This document shows positions 37,878 to 46,720 of a stretch of DNA of 59,825 bases, piece after piece. The DNA is taken from NCBI GenBank assembly GCA_903847415.1, contig CAINDR010000054.1, positions 1 through 59,825 on the forward strand. The letters run 5' to 3'. The notes beneath the pieces were generated by a model. It saw nothing but the letters and a program-made list of their open reading frames with translations. It was not told the origin of the DNA and did not search any database. The stretch comes from Candidatus Falkowbacteria bacterium (GTDB lineage: Bacteria > Patescibacteriota > Patescibacteriia > Patescibacteriales > UBA12465). The position numbers and the translations under genes are program-made. The stretch's first letter is position 1. Every line of letters starts with the position of its first letter.

Positions 37878-38147
37878 GTGATGAGAAACACGATTTTAGT
37901 ATTAGTATTTGGACTAATTATTAGCGCAACAATATCTTCACCAATAATAGTGGACGCGCTGACTCATGGAAAAACAATGGTTGTAGTAAAAAATGATAAA
38001 GGTTATTTAAACCTCATAGAACTTACTCCGGCTGTCAGAGACTTGCCAATCGGTTCAAGAATATCATTCCATCCGCAAGACAATTATTATTGCGGCTACA
38101 GTGAATCATCTGAAGAAAAAGGAGAAATTATTGAAATTAGAAAATAA
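37878..38147 (+). CDS. small secreted hypothetical protein
   Basis: GTG 37878 or ATG 37881 start. Signal-like ILVLVFGLIISATISSP. Preceded by a consensus promoter and followed by a hairpin with a T-run. Confidence 0.45.
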   Translation: MMRNTILVLVFGLIISATISSPIIVDALTHGKTMVVVKNDKGYLNLIELTPAVRDLPIGSRISFHPQDNYYCGYSESSEEKGEIIEIRK

Positions 38148-38170
38148 TTATTTCTTAACTAAAAGAGTAA

Positions 38171-38197
38171 AGGAGACTCAAAAAGTCTCTTTTTTTA
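38171..38197 (+). terminator. intrinsic terminator after 37878..38147
   Basis: GAGACT-caaaa-AGTCTC followed by T7. Confidence 0.6.
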
Positions 38198-40741
38198 TTT
38201 CCCCAACCCCTTTCCCTTCTCTTTATAAACAATAAAATCCAAATATTCTTTCAAATATTTTCCCGTAATACTTTTTTCATTCTTCGCCACTTCTTCAGGT
38301 GTACCAGCGGCAACAACCTTGCCACCCTTCTCGCCACCTTCTGGGCCGAGATCAATCAGATAGTCCATGGACTTCAACATATGAAGATTGTGTTCAATCA
38401 CTAAAACGGAATTTCCTTTCTCAACTAATTGATTAAGCACAATTAACAACATCTCAATATCATGATGATGCAAACCAGTAGTCGGCTCATCTAAAAGATA
38501 GAGCGTTCTTTTGCCAAGCGTCATTGAAAGTTCTTTGGCAATTTTTACCCGCTGAGCTTCTCCGCCTGAAAGAGTGGTTGATGATTGCCCTAATTTCAAA
38601 TAGCCAAGGCCAACAGAGCGCAAAACTTTTAATTTATCAGTAATAAAATAATTGTCACCAAACAAATCAATCGCCTCATCAATCGTCATGTCCAAAACAT
38701 CAGAAATATTCTTACCCTTGTATTTAACTTGGAGAGTTTCGCGGTTAAAACGCTTACCACGACAAACCTCGCATTCCACCATCACTGCCGGCAAGAAATG
38801 CATCTCAATCATATTAAATCCTGCCCCCTCACAGGCCTCACAACGCCCACCAGGACGATTAAACGAGAAACGCCCAATTCCGTATCCTCTTTCTCGAGAT
38901 TCTGGTAGAGCGGCATAAAAATCTCTAATTGGCGTGAAGAAACCGGTATAAGTTGCCGGATTAGAGCGAGGTGATCTCCCAATTGGTGATTGATTGATAA
39001 TAACCACCTTGTTCACATATTCAACCCCTTTTACCTCGGAAACATCCTCCAGATTCTTTTTACCAGGATGGTTTTTGATATAGGTAATATTTTTGTATAG
39101 GACGTCATAGAGCAAGGAAGATTTTCCACTCCCAGAAACTCCACTTACTCCGACTAGCCGTCCAAGAGGAATTTCTACTTTTATATTCTTGAGATTGTTT
39201 GCCCGAGCGCCCACAAATTTTAAAATACCACTAGTTTTTTCACGTCGCTTTTCTGGGAGACCAATAGAAAGGGCGCCGGTCAAATACTTAACTGTTAAAG
39301 ATTTCTCTAAAGCTTTTTTATTCTTCGCGGGATTGAGTAAATCTTTAGTTGGTCCACAAGCTACTACTTCCCCACCATGCACCCCAGCCAAAGGACCAAG
39401 ATCAACAAGATAATCCGAAGCCCGGATTGTTCTTTCGTCGTGTTCAACAATAATGACCGTGTTATTTTTATTCTTTAAAGTTAAGAGAGTTTCAATTAAA
39501 CGATCGGTATCTCTTTCGTGCAAACCAATCGTTGGTTCATCAAGAACATAAAGAGTGCGAGAAAGTTGTGAACCAATCTGGGAGGACAGTCTAATGCGCT
39601 GCGCTTCCCCGCCCGACAAAGTTTCCGCTTGGCGATCTAGTGATAAATAATTCAAACCAACTTTATTCAAGAAGTCCAAACGATTTAAAATCTGGCCAAT
39701 CACATTTTCAGCAATCGTTAACTCGCGCTTCGTCATCTTCTGATAATATTTCCAAAAAAAGTCATGCGCTTTGTCTAGAGATAAATTACTGGCTTCAGCT
39801 AAGTTCTTGCCAAAAATTCTGACCGACAAAGATTCTTTGCGCAAACGCTTTCCCTCACAAGCTGGGCAAGCTTTTTCGGCGAAGTAGCCAATCGTTCCCA
39901 AACCAGTACACTCCGGACAAGCACCGTGCGGTGAGTTAAAAGAAAATAATCGTGGCTCTACCTCCGGAAAAGAAAAGTTATCATGCGGGCAAGTCCAATT
40001 TGAAGACAACAAAAACTCATTATCTTCAAAATTAGCAATCACCAAGCCTTTACTATAATTAATGGCATTTTCAACGGCTTCAAAAAGACGACTTTCATCA
40101 CTCAACATGACTTTATCAATCACGATTTCAATATCATGCTTTTTCTGGGCAGATAATTTTATCTGGTCACGTAGCGAATGCATTTCACCATCAATTCGCG
40201 CCTCAGCGTAACCAAGGTTCAGGTAGTCATATAATAATTGATAACTCTCTCCTTTTCTCCCCCGAATCACCGGACTCATGATGGTAACATATTCTTTCTT
40301 TAAGTCACGACCGCGGGTTAAAATGATATCAATCATTTCTTCCAAGGAAAGCTTTTCGATTTTCATCCCACACTCTGGACAAAAAACTTCTCCCACGCGA
40401 GCATAGAGAATACGTAGGTAGTCGTGAATCTCGGTCAGAGTACCGACAGTTGAACGAGGATTGTGCGAAAGAGCTTTTTGGTCAATTGAGATCGCTGGTG
40501 CAAGACCAATAATTTCATCAACCTCAGCTGGTTTCTTCTGTCCCAGAAATTGACGCATGTAGGGTGATAACGATTCAACATATTGCCTTTGTCCTTCGGC
40601 GAAGATGGTATCAAAAGCCAGTGACGACTTGCCACTCCCAGAAACTCCCGTGATTACCGTTAAAGCATTATGAGGGATTTCTAAATCAATATTTTTTAAA
40701 TTGTGCATCCGCGCCCCGCGAATGATTATTTTATCTTGCAT
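38195..40741 (-). CDS. uvrA: excinuclease ABC subunit A, short form
   Basis: Two ABC modules ([14 protein letters not shown] and [18 protein letters not shown] twice) and Zn modules [37 protein letters not shown]. Confidence 0.95.
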   Translation of the reverse strand: MQDKIIIRGARMHNLKNIDLEIPHNALTVITGVSGSGKSSLAFDTIFAEGQRQYVESLSPYMRQFLGQKKPAEVDEIIGLAPAISIDQKALSHNPRSTVGTLTEIHDYLRILYARVGEVFCPECGMKIEKLSLEEMIDIILTRGRDLKKEYVTIMSPVIRGRKGESYQLLYDYLNLGYAEARIDGEMHSLRDQIKLSAQKKHDIEIVIDKVMLSDESRLFEAVENAINYSKGLVIANFEDNEFLLSSNWTCPHDNFSFPEVEPRLFSFNSPHGACPECTGLGTIGYFAEKACPACEGKRLRKESLSVRIFGKNLAEASNLSLDKAHDFFWKYYQKMTKRELTIAENVIGQILNRLDFLNKVGLNYLSLDRQAETLSGGEAQRIRLSSQIGSQLSRTLYVLDEPTIGLHERDTDRLIETLLTLKNKNNTVIIVEHDERTIRASDYLVDLGPLAGVHGGEVVACGPTKDLLNPAKNKKALEKSLTVKYLTGALSIGLPEKRREKTSGILKFVGARANNLKNIKVEIPLGRLVGVSGVSGSGKSSLLYDVLYKNITYIKNHPGKKNLEDVSEVKGVEYVNKVVIINQSPIGRSPRSNPATYTGFFTPIRDFYAALPESRERGYGIGRFSFNRPGGRCEACEGAGFNMIEMHFLPAVMVECEVCRGKRFNRETLQVKYKGKNISDVLDMTIDEAIDLFGDNYFITDKLKVLRSVGLGYLKLGQSSTTLSGGEAQRVKIAKELSMTLGKRTLYLLDEPTTGLHHHDIEMLLIVLNQLVEKGNSVLVIEHNLHMLKSMDYLIDLGPEGGEKGGKVVAAGTPEEVAKNEKSITGKYLKEYLDFIVYKEKGKGLGK

Positions 40742-40751
40742 AAAAAAACAA

Positions 40752-41324
40752 TTAAAACCTTAATTCTTTGTGCTGGTGGAGATCAATCCCGTAGCGTTGA
40801 TAGATATTAATAGTGCCAATGTGCCCAGCATCTTTACCGGTAAGACCCAATAGCGCTAAGCCATCTTTCACCGCCGCCTCACTCTTCCCTTCAATTTCTA
40901 AAAAGCATGGGATTTGTGGCCAGGTGTCTAGACAAAATTCAACATTATTAAAAATAAATTTGAGACGCTTATTCTCTTGATAATAAATACTACTCGTAAA
41001 ATTAATCGCTCGAATAATTTTGTCCGCTTCTTCAAAGTCGGAAACTTCTACTTCATATTCAGTGGTCTGGTCCATGCCAATTCCTTGGCGATTTTTATAG
41101 GTCAGCTCGGCTTTGATTTTATCAACCCCATCCAGCAATGAATGAACCTCTCGCAAACGAATCCATTCTCCCATATTTGGCGTTTCTGAATTAAGACAAT
41201 TGATATCATAAACAAAACGACGTTGAAATACTTCAGGCACTTCCAGTGCCCCAAGTTGTCGCATTTTGTTAGCTATCTCGTCTTTATTAATATCCAATAC
41301 TTGGGTTTCAAATTCAATTGCCAT
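40752..41324 (-). CDS. CYTH-domain protein (CyaB-like class IV adenylyl cyclase / triphosphatase fold)
   Basis: N-terminal IEFETQV (ExExK-like), WIRLREV, ELTYK, EYEVEVSD, LDTW..FLEIEG. Confidence 0.8.
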   Translation of the reverse strand: MAIEFETQVLDINKDEIANKMRQLGALEVPEVFQRRFVYDINCLNSETPNMGEWIRLREVHSLLDGVDKIKAELTYKNRQGIGMDQTTEYEVEVSDFEEADKIIRAINFTSSIYYQENKRLKFIFNNVEFCLDTWPQIPCFLEIEGKSEAAVKDGLALLGLTGKDAGHIGTINIYQRYGIDLHQHKELRF

Positions 41325-41350
41325 ATTTTTCGAAATAAATTATTTATGTT

Positions 41351-42817
41351 TTAAGCTGATTTTTCTGTACCGCTATAATCCCAGCCGGGGTGTTGATAGG
41401 TGCCGCCAGTAGAATCAATAGGGCTTTCTTTTTGGTTGACTGCTAAATCTTCAAACATCTTTCGGAAGTTTTCGTAGCCTTTTTCGGGGTCACCATGGTC
41501 TTCAGTGTATTTAATAAGATTTCGAGAGCCTCGATTAAAAATATGCTGGTTCTCTTTAAACATCTTCATCATTTTTTTGTATATTTTTTCAGTAAACTGT
41601 TCTCCCGGCTTCATTATTTTAAATAAAAGCAAGTCTTCTCTCAAAGCAATTAATCTAACATATCTTTCGGTAGACCATTTATGATATTCATCCATAGTCA
41701 TACCGTTAACTAAACCAGGTTCATTTTGAGGAGCAAACGTATCTTCGGATAATATTTTTTTTGCTTTAATAGACATCCCTATATCAGCATTAGTCGCTAG
41801 ATGAGCCAATTCATGTTCAATAGTCCCAAAATCCATAAGATCAATAGGGATACAAATCATGTTAGTATTAGGCATAAAAAATCCACTAGCACCAGAAACC
41901 CGCTTCTCAATATCTCCAGCAAAATCAAATTCTATTTCGGCGTGTTCTACGTTACTAACTCTCACTTGCTGATGTCTCACAGCTGTTTCTCGATTACAAT
42001 CAAATTCCTTCATTAACCGCTCAATATACCCAGGATCTTTCATTATTTTGAGTAGATTGTTTTGGGCACGCTGAAAATCGCGGAGCAAATCTGGAGCATT
42101 TTTAACTGCTTCTAATTCTTCTGCAGAATAGTTAACTAATCCATCTTTACTCATGTGCTCCCGCTCATCAATCAAGGCCTGCACTTGATCTCTAATAACC
42201 TGGATTGAATCTAAAGAAGAACCGTTTTTTTTAGCAATTACTATTTGGTGTTTTAATTCAAAAATCTGATTATTTATGATTCCAATCCTATTGTTTAAAA
42301 TCTGCTCCTTCGCAAAGTCTTGAGCGACATTAGTATCGGTGGCGGCTCTTTTTTGTTTATCAATTTTATCATAGTTAATCATCATCATTTTACTCAAATC
42401 ATAATCTTCTGGGTTAGGATTCTTAATAGTATCTTGAATTTCCTGATGATTATCCAAATTTACGACTATTTCTTCGTTGATAGAAGTAGCTCTTTCTATT
42501 TGATCTTTCTCTAATCGCAATTCGTTGTTTTCTGCCTCCGCAAACTTTGTTGACCCAACAAATAATCCCAGGGCAGCTGCCGTTTGAATAAATTTCCTCG
42601 CAATACCACTTCTGAGGAATTCTAAAAGTGTTTTCTTTTGACCGTTACTCTCCGTCTTTGAGTCTAAAGCTAAATTTACCCCATCTTCAATCGCTTCAAT
42701 CGCTTCTTGAGCTTGCTCTAAAATTTTCTCGCTTTCAAACTCAGAATTTTTTATTGTTTCTATATCCGGAACCTTCTCAGAAACAACGCTTTGATTGTGA
42801 AAATTTTCTTTAAACAT
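41351..42817 (-). CDS. hypothetical protein with one hydrophobic segment and an HExxH metallopeptidase-like motif
   Basis: FIQTAAALGLFVGST at about residues 76-90. HELAH at nt 41801-41815. Confidence 0.6.
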   Translation of the reverse strand: MFKENFHNQSVVSEKVPDIETIKNSEFESEKILEQAQEAIEAIEDGVNLALDSKTESNGQKKTLLEFLRSGIARKFIQTAAALGLFVGSTKFAEAENNELRLEKDQIERATSINEEIVVNLDNHQEIQDTIKNPNPEDYDLSKMMMINYDKIDKQKRAATDTNVAQDFAKEQILNNRIGIINNQIFELKHQIVIAKKNGSSLDSIQVIRDQVQALIDEREHMSKDGLVNYSAEELEAVKNAPDLLRDFQRAQNNLLKIMKDPGYIERLMKEFDCNRETAVRHQQVRVSNVEHAEIEFDFAGDIEKRVSGASGFFMPNTNMICIPIDLMDFGTIEHELAHLATNADIGMSIKAKKILSEDTFAPQNEPGLVNGMTMDEYHKWSTERYVRLIALREDLLLFKIMKPGEQFTEKIYKKMMKMFKENQHIFNRGSRNLIKYTEDHGDPEKGYENFRKMFEDLAVNQKESPIDSTGGTYQHPGWDYSGTEKSA

Positions 42818-42828
42818 ATTAATAAAAA

Positions 42829-44718
42829 TTAATTTTCTTGGTGATCCAACATATCCTCAATCTTTTTAATAATTGTTTGAGGAGTGATACCATGTTTTTT
42901 ATTATATTCCAATTGTTTGATTCTTCTTCGTCGTGATTCGGAAATTGCTAATTCCATTGAATTAGTAGTCTTATCGGCATATAAAATAATTCTCCCAGAA
43001 ACATTTCTCGCTGCTCGACCCATCGTTTGCAGCAGCGAAGTCTGACTACGCAAAAATCCTTCCCGATCAGCATCAAGAATTGCCACTAAAGTAACCTCTG
43101 GCAGATCCAAACCTTCGCGCAGTAAGTTAACACCAATTAAAACATCAAACCTTCCTTCACGAAATTGTTTTAAAATCTCAGTGCGTTCAAAAGTTTTAAT
43201 ATCAGAATGAAGATAATTCGCTTTTAGACCCTTCTTGTTCATAAACGAACACAAATCTTCGGCTTGGACTTTCGTTAAAGTATTCACAATCGTTCTTTCG
43301 TTCTTTGCCGCTAAACGTTCAGCTTCGATTATCACATCATTAATTTGACTGTAGTTTGTCTCCTTGTTAAAAACTGGACGAATCTCAATCTCTGGATCAA
43401 CTAAACCAGTGGGACGAATCACTTGTTCGACGACACGAGTTGAGTTTTCATTTTCATATTCTCCTGGAGTGGCAGAAGTAAAAATAGTTTGACCGATTCT
43501 TTTTAAAAACTCGGCAAAACGCAGAGGACGATTATCCATCGCCGAAGGCAAACGCCAACCATATTGAACAAGTGTTTTCTTGCGTGCCTGGTCACCATTA
43601 AACATCCCTCTAACTTGTGGCACAGAAATATGTGACTCATCAATGATCGTCAAAAAATCTGGCTTACCATCTTTCCAGGGAAAATAGGCTAACAAAGAAT
43701 CAGGTGCCTGACCAGCTAATTTACCGGTGAGGTGGCGAGAATAGTTTTCGATGCCATGACAATAACCGAGTGAACGAAGCATTTCCACGTCATAGCGAGT
43801 TCGTCTTTCGATGCGCTCCGCTTCAAGCAATAATCCGGTTTCTTTAAAATAAGTCAGGCGATCATTCAACTCTTCCTCGATCTGTTTAATCGCCGCTTCT
43901 ATTTGAGGTTGAGTGGAAACAAAATGCTTCGGCGGAAAAATCATTGTTTCAGATAAAGATTCAAGAATATTTTTAGTGGTATTATCAACAACGGAAATAT
44001 CTGAAACTTTTTGATCTTTCAACTCTAAGCGATAAACCAAATTTTCTGATTTTGGCCGAACTTCAAAAACATCACCTCGCACGCGAAATTCACCACGCTC
44101 AACATCGCCGTTTACTCTTTCAAATTGCATTTTTACTAATTGACTAATCAAGTCAGCACGAGTCATTGGTTGATCTTTGGACAAGCTAAGAGCGGATTCT
44201 AAATAATTAAACGGGATTCCTAAATTATAAATACAAGAAACCGAAGCAACGATAATCACGTCACTCCGGGTCATCAGAGACGAGGTGGCCGCATGACGCA
44301 AACGATCAATTTCTTGATTAATCATCGCTTCCTTATCGATGTAAGTATCAGTAATTGGCAAATAAGCTTCCGGCTGATAATAATCGTAATAGGAAACAAA
44401 ATAATGAACTGCATTGTTAGGGAAAAAGTTTTTATATTCTCGATAAAGTTGGGCCGCTAGCGCTTTATTCGGCGCCATCACCAAAGTTGGTCGATTGAAC
44501 TTTTGAATTAGGTTAGCAGCGGTAAAAGTCTTGCCACTCCCAGTAACTCCCAAAAGAGTCTGAAATCTTTCACCAGCTAACAATCCTTCACTTAAACCCT
44601 TAATTGCTTCTGGTTGGTCACCAGCAGGCTTAAAAGGAGATTGCAAATCAAAAAGAATCTCTCCTTTTGAGTTATTTTTTGGTTTTACTAGTTGTTTTTT
44701 TAACATTGGTAATTCCAT
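42829..44718 (-). CDS. uvrB: excinuclease ABC subunit B, lacking the C-terminal UVR tail
   Basis: GVTGSGKTFT Walker A, DESH, beta-hairpin region YYDYYQPEAY, helicase motif VI QTMGRAARN. Ends soon after KKHGITPQTIIKKIEDML. Confidence 0.95.
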   Translation of the reverse strand: MELPMLKKQLVKPKNNSKGEILFDLQSPFKPAGDQPEAIKGLSEGLLAGERFQTLLGVTGSGKTFTAANLIQKFNRPTLVMAPNKALAAQLYREYKNFFPNNAVHYFVSYYDYYQPEAYLPITDTYIDKEAMINQEIDRLRHAATSSLMTRSDVIIVASVSCIYNLGIPFNYLESALSLSKDQPMTRADLISQLVKMQFERVNGDVERGEFRVRGDVFEVRPKSENLVYRLELKDQKVSDISVVDNTTKNILESLSETMIFPPKHFVSTQPQIEAAIKQIEEELNDRLTYFKETGLLLEAERIERRTRYDVEMLRSLGYCHGIENYSRHLTGKLAGQAPDSLLAYFPWKDGKPDFLTIIDESHISVPQVRGMFNGDQARKKTLVQYGWRLPSAMDNRPLRFAEFLKRIGQTIFTSATPGEYENENSTRVVEQVIRPTGLVDPEIEIRPVFNKETNYSQINDVIIEAERLAAKNERTIVNTLTKVQAEDLCSFMNKKGLKANYLHSDIKTFERTEILKQFREGRFDVLIGVNLLREGLDLPEVTLVAILDADREGFLRSQTSLLQTMGRAARNVSGRIILYADKTTNSMELAISESRRRRIKQLEYNKKHGITPQTIIKKIEDMLDHQEN

Positions 44719-44724
44719 AGATAT

Positions 44725-45936
44725 TTAGACCGTAACTTCTAATAGCTGATTTTCTTTCTCTATTTCTGTAGTCATGGGTGTAGTAAGGTTTTTGTTTTGA
44801 ACAAATTTTAAAACAAATAATAGAGATAAGACAGAAAACAAAGCAGCAAGGAAAAAGGGTCCGGCAGGATGTTTAATAAAAATAAAACCAGCCAATAATG
44901 GACCAATAATCATACTAAGAGAAGTAATAGATGTCAAAACACCAAGTAGCTCTCCTTGCCTTGACGAATCAGCTTTCTTTGCTAATAAACTAGTTAAAAT
45001 AACTCTCCCAATTGATTGTCCAAAAGTTATCCCTAGCACGCCAATCAAAAAGAATGGCAAATAGCCAATACCTAGAAAGATAAAACCAATCCCCAAGAGT
45101 ATCAGTGAAATAATCGCAAGATAATCTTGCCTGAAACTTCTAATTAATTTTCTTAAAAGAAATCCTTGATTAAAAGCAATTAAAACTCCAATACCGGCCA
45201 TTAATAGTCCAACAGCAAACGTGCCCCAGCCAAAAACTTGATAAACATAAAGAGAGAAAACCGACTGCTGGATTGCGATCGCTAGACCAAAAAAGAAAAT
45301 AGCAAGTAAACCGGAAAGAAAAATTTTCTGTTTGATTACAGAAACAATTGGCACCAAGGGGTTAAGTGATATTTTTCCCTCACGACGAGTATGATTTGTT
45401 TCTGGCAAATAAAAATAAGCAAAAATCGTATTTAATAAAGCTAAAAATCCGACGAAATAAAATGGAAGTCGCAGTGAAAATGATCCAAGTAAACCACCAA
45501 ACATTGGACCAATAATAAAGCCGATCCCAAAAATCGCACCAATCAAGCCAAGGTTGGCAGTTTTTTCTTTTTCGGTTTTTGCGATATCTAAGAGATAATT
45601 TTGAGCAATCGGAAAATTACCTGCCGCCAGACCATCAATGATTCTTCCCAAAAACAAGAAAAATACCGAATTCGCAGCTGCAAAAATCAACCAACCAATT
45701 GTGGTGCTCAATAAACTAATAATCAGCACTGGGCGACGACCAATTTTATCTGATAAAGCCCCTAGAAAAGGAGAGCTAAAGAAAGAAAAGAGAGAGAAAA
45801 CCGCAAACAAAGCAGTCACTACTCCCGCACCAACCCCAAAAGATTCCACAAAAAAAGGCAGGATCGGAATAATAATTCCAATCCCTAAAACATCAACAAA
45901 AACTGTGATGATGATTATTAACCTTTGTTTTTTCAT
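44725..45936 (-). CDS. MFS transporter (drug:H+ antiporter-like)
   Basis: 12 predicted TM helices. Motif A-like GALSDKIGRRPVL. Confidence 0.85.
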   Translation of the reverse strand: MKKQRLIIIITVFVDVLGIGIIIPILPFFVESFGVGAGVVTALFAVFSLFSFFSSPFLGALSDKIGRRPVLIISLLSTTIGWLIFAAANSVFFLFLGRIIDGLAAGNFPIAQNYLLDIAKTEKEKTANLGLIGAIFGIGFIIGPMFGGLLGSFSLRLPFYFVGFLALLNTIFAYFYLPETNHTRREGKISLNPLVPIVSVIKQKIFLSGLLAIFFFGLAIAIQQSVFSLYVYQVFGWGTFAVGLLMAGIGVLIAFNQGFLLRKLIRSFRQDYLAIISLILLGIGFIFLGIGYLPFFLIGVLGITFGQSIGRVILTSLLAKKADSSRQGELLGVLTSITSLSMIIGPLLAGFIFIKHPAGPFFLAALFSVLSLLFVLKFVQNKNLTTPMTTEIEKENQLLEVTV

Positions 45937-45942
45937 TTTAAT

Positions 45943-46299
45943 TTATCTAACAATTAAGTGGTTAGCCAATTCTTCTCGAGCGCGAGAATCATGTTTTTTA
46001 ATTTCAGCAAACATCGCACTGGCATCCTTTCCGCAACCGTTCACGATTTTTTCTCCACCAGGGTGTTTTGCGGATTGGATATAAGAAGATAGGTCATAAA
46101 ACTGTCCGTCAATCATCATCCAGCAATCATTAGCGCTAGCATGTTTACTGACTTCTTCAAGGCTTAAAGCTGGGTTATTACTAACGGCAGCTTCTGGAGT
46201 TTGGTTAATCACTGGAGCTTGAGCCCCCTTAGTTCCGCAGCCAGACAAAATAAGCACAAAAGATAACAAAGAAAGAGTAATAAAATACTTCGTTTTCAT
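45943..46299 (-). CDS. cytochrome b5-like heme-binding domain lipoprotein
   Basis: Lipobox LILSGCG. CWMMIDGQFYDLSSYIQSAKHPGGEKIVNGCGKDASAMF contains the HPGG motif. Confidence 0.75.
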   Translation of the reverse strand: MKTKYFITLSLLSFVLILSGCGTKGAQAPVINQTPEAAVSNNPALSLEEVSKHASANDCWMMIDGQFYDLSSYIQSAKHPGGEKIVNGCGKDASAMFAEIKKHDSRAREELANHLIVR

Positions 46300-46438
46300 A
46301 ATATTTATTTAAAAATTAATTATTATTAGATCTCAAGATCTTTATAAAGAATATCATAAATAATCAATAAAAACAAAGTTTAGTCACTTTTTGTAACACT
46401 TTCCGGTTTTAATCGTATTATTTAGTAGAAAAAAATAT

Positions 46439-46600
46439 ATGAAAAAGTTAAACGCCCACAACCCAGCCTGCCAAAAAACCATGAATTATTCCTGGAACTT
46501 TATTTTTGGCTTGGTCTCCGATTCTCAAGCCGGGTTGGTGTTAGCTAATGCGCCCTTAGAGGTGCAGTACTGCAAGAAGAAAAAGCACCGTAATAGATAA
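46439..46600 (+). CDS. possible 53-aa basic peptide, or a structured RNA (unresolved)
   Basis: ATG..TAA ORF encoding MKKLNAHNPACQKTMNYSWNFIFGLVSDSQAGLVLANAPLEVQYCKKKKHRNR. Followed by a strong terminator at 46623-46659. No RBS seen. Confidence 0.25.
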   Translation: MKKLNAHNPACQKTMNYSWNFIFGLVSDSQAGLVLANAPLEVQYCKKKKHRNR

Positions 46601-46622
46601 GATTTATTGAAAAATAAAAATA

Positions 46623-46659
46623 TCTCCCCAAGCTTTGAATCCAGCTTGGGGATTTTTTA
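46623..46659 (+). terminator. intrinsic terminator after the 46439..46600 small ORF/RNA
   Basis: TCCCCAAGCT-ttgaatcc-AGCTTGGGGA followed by TTTTTT. Confidence 0.75.
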
Positions 46660-46720
46660 TATAGTTTTCTGTTCATTAACAATTAAAAATTTAACATCAT
46701 GAAAAAAAAACATTATTCGT

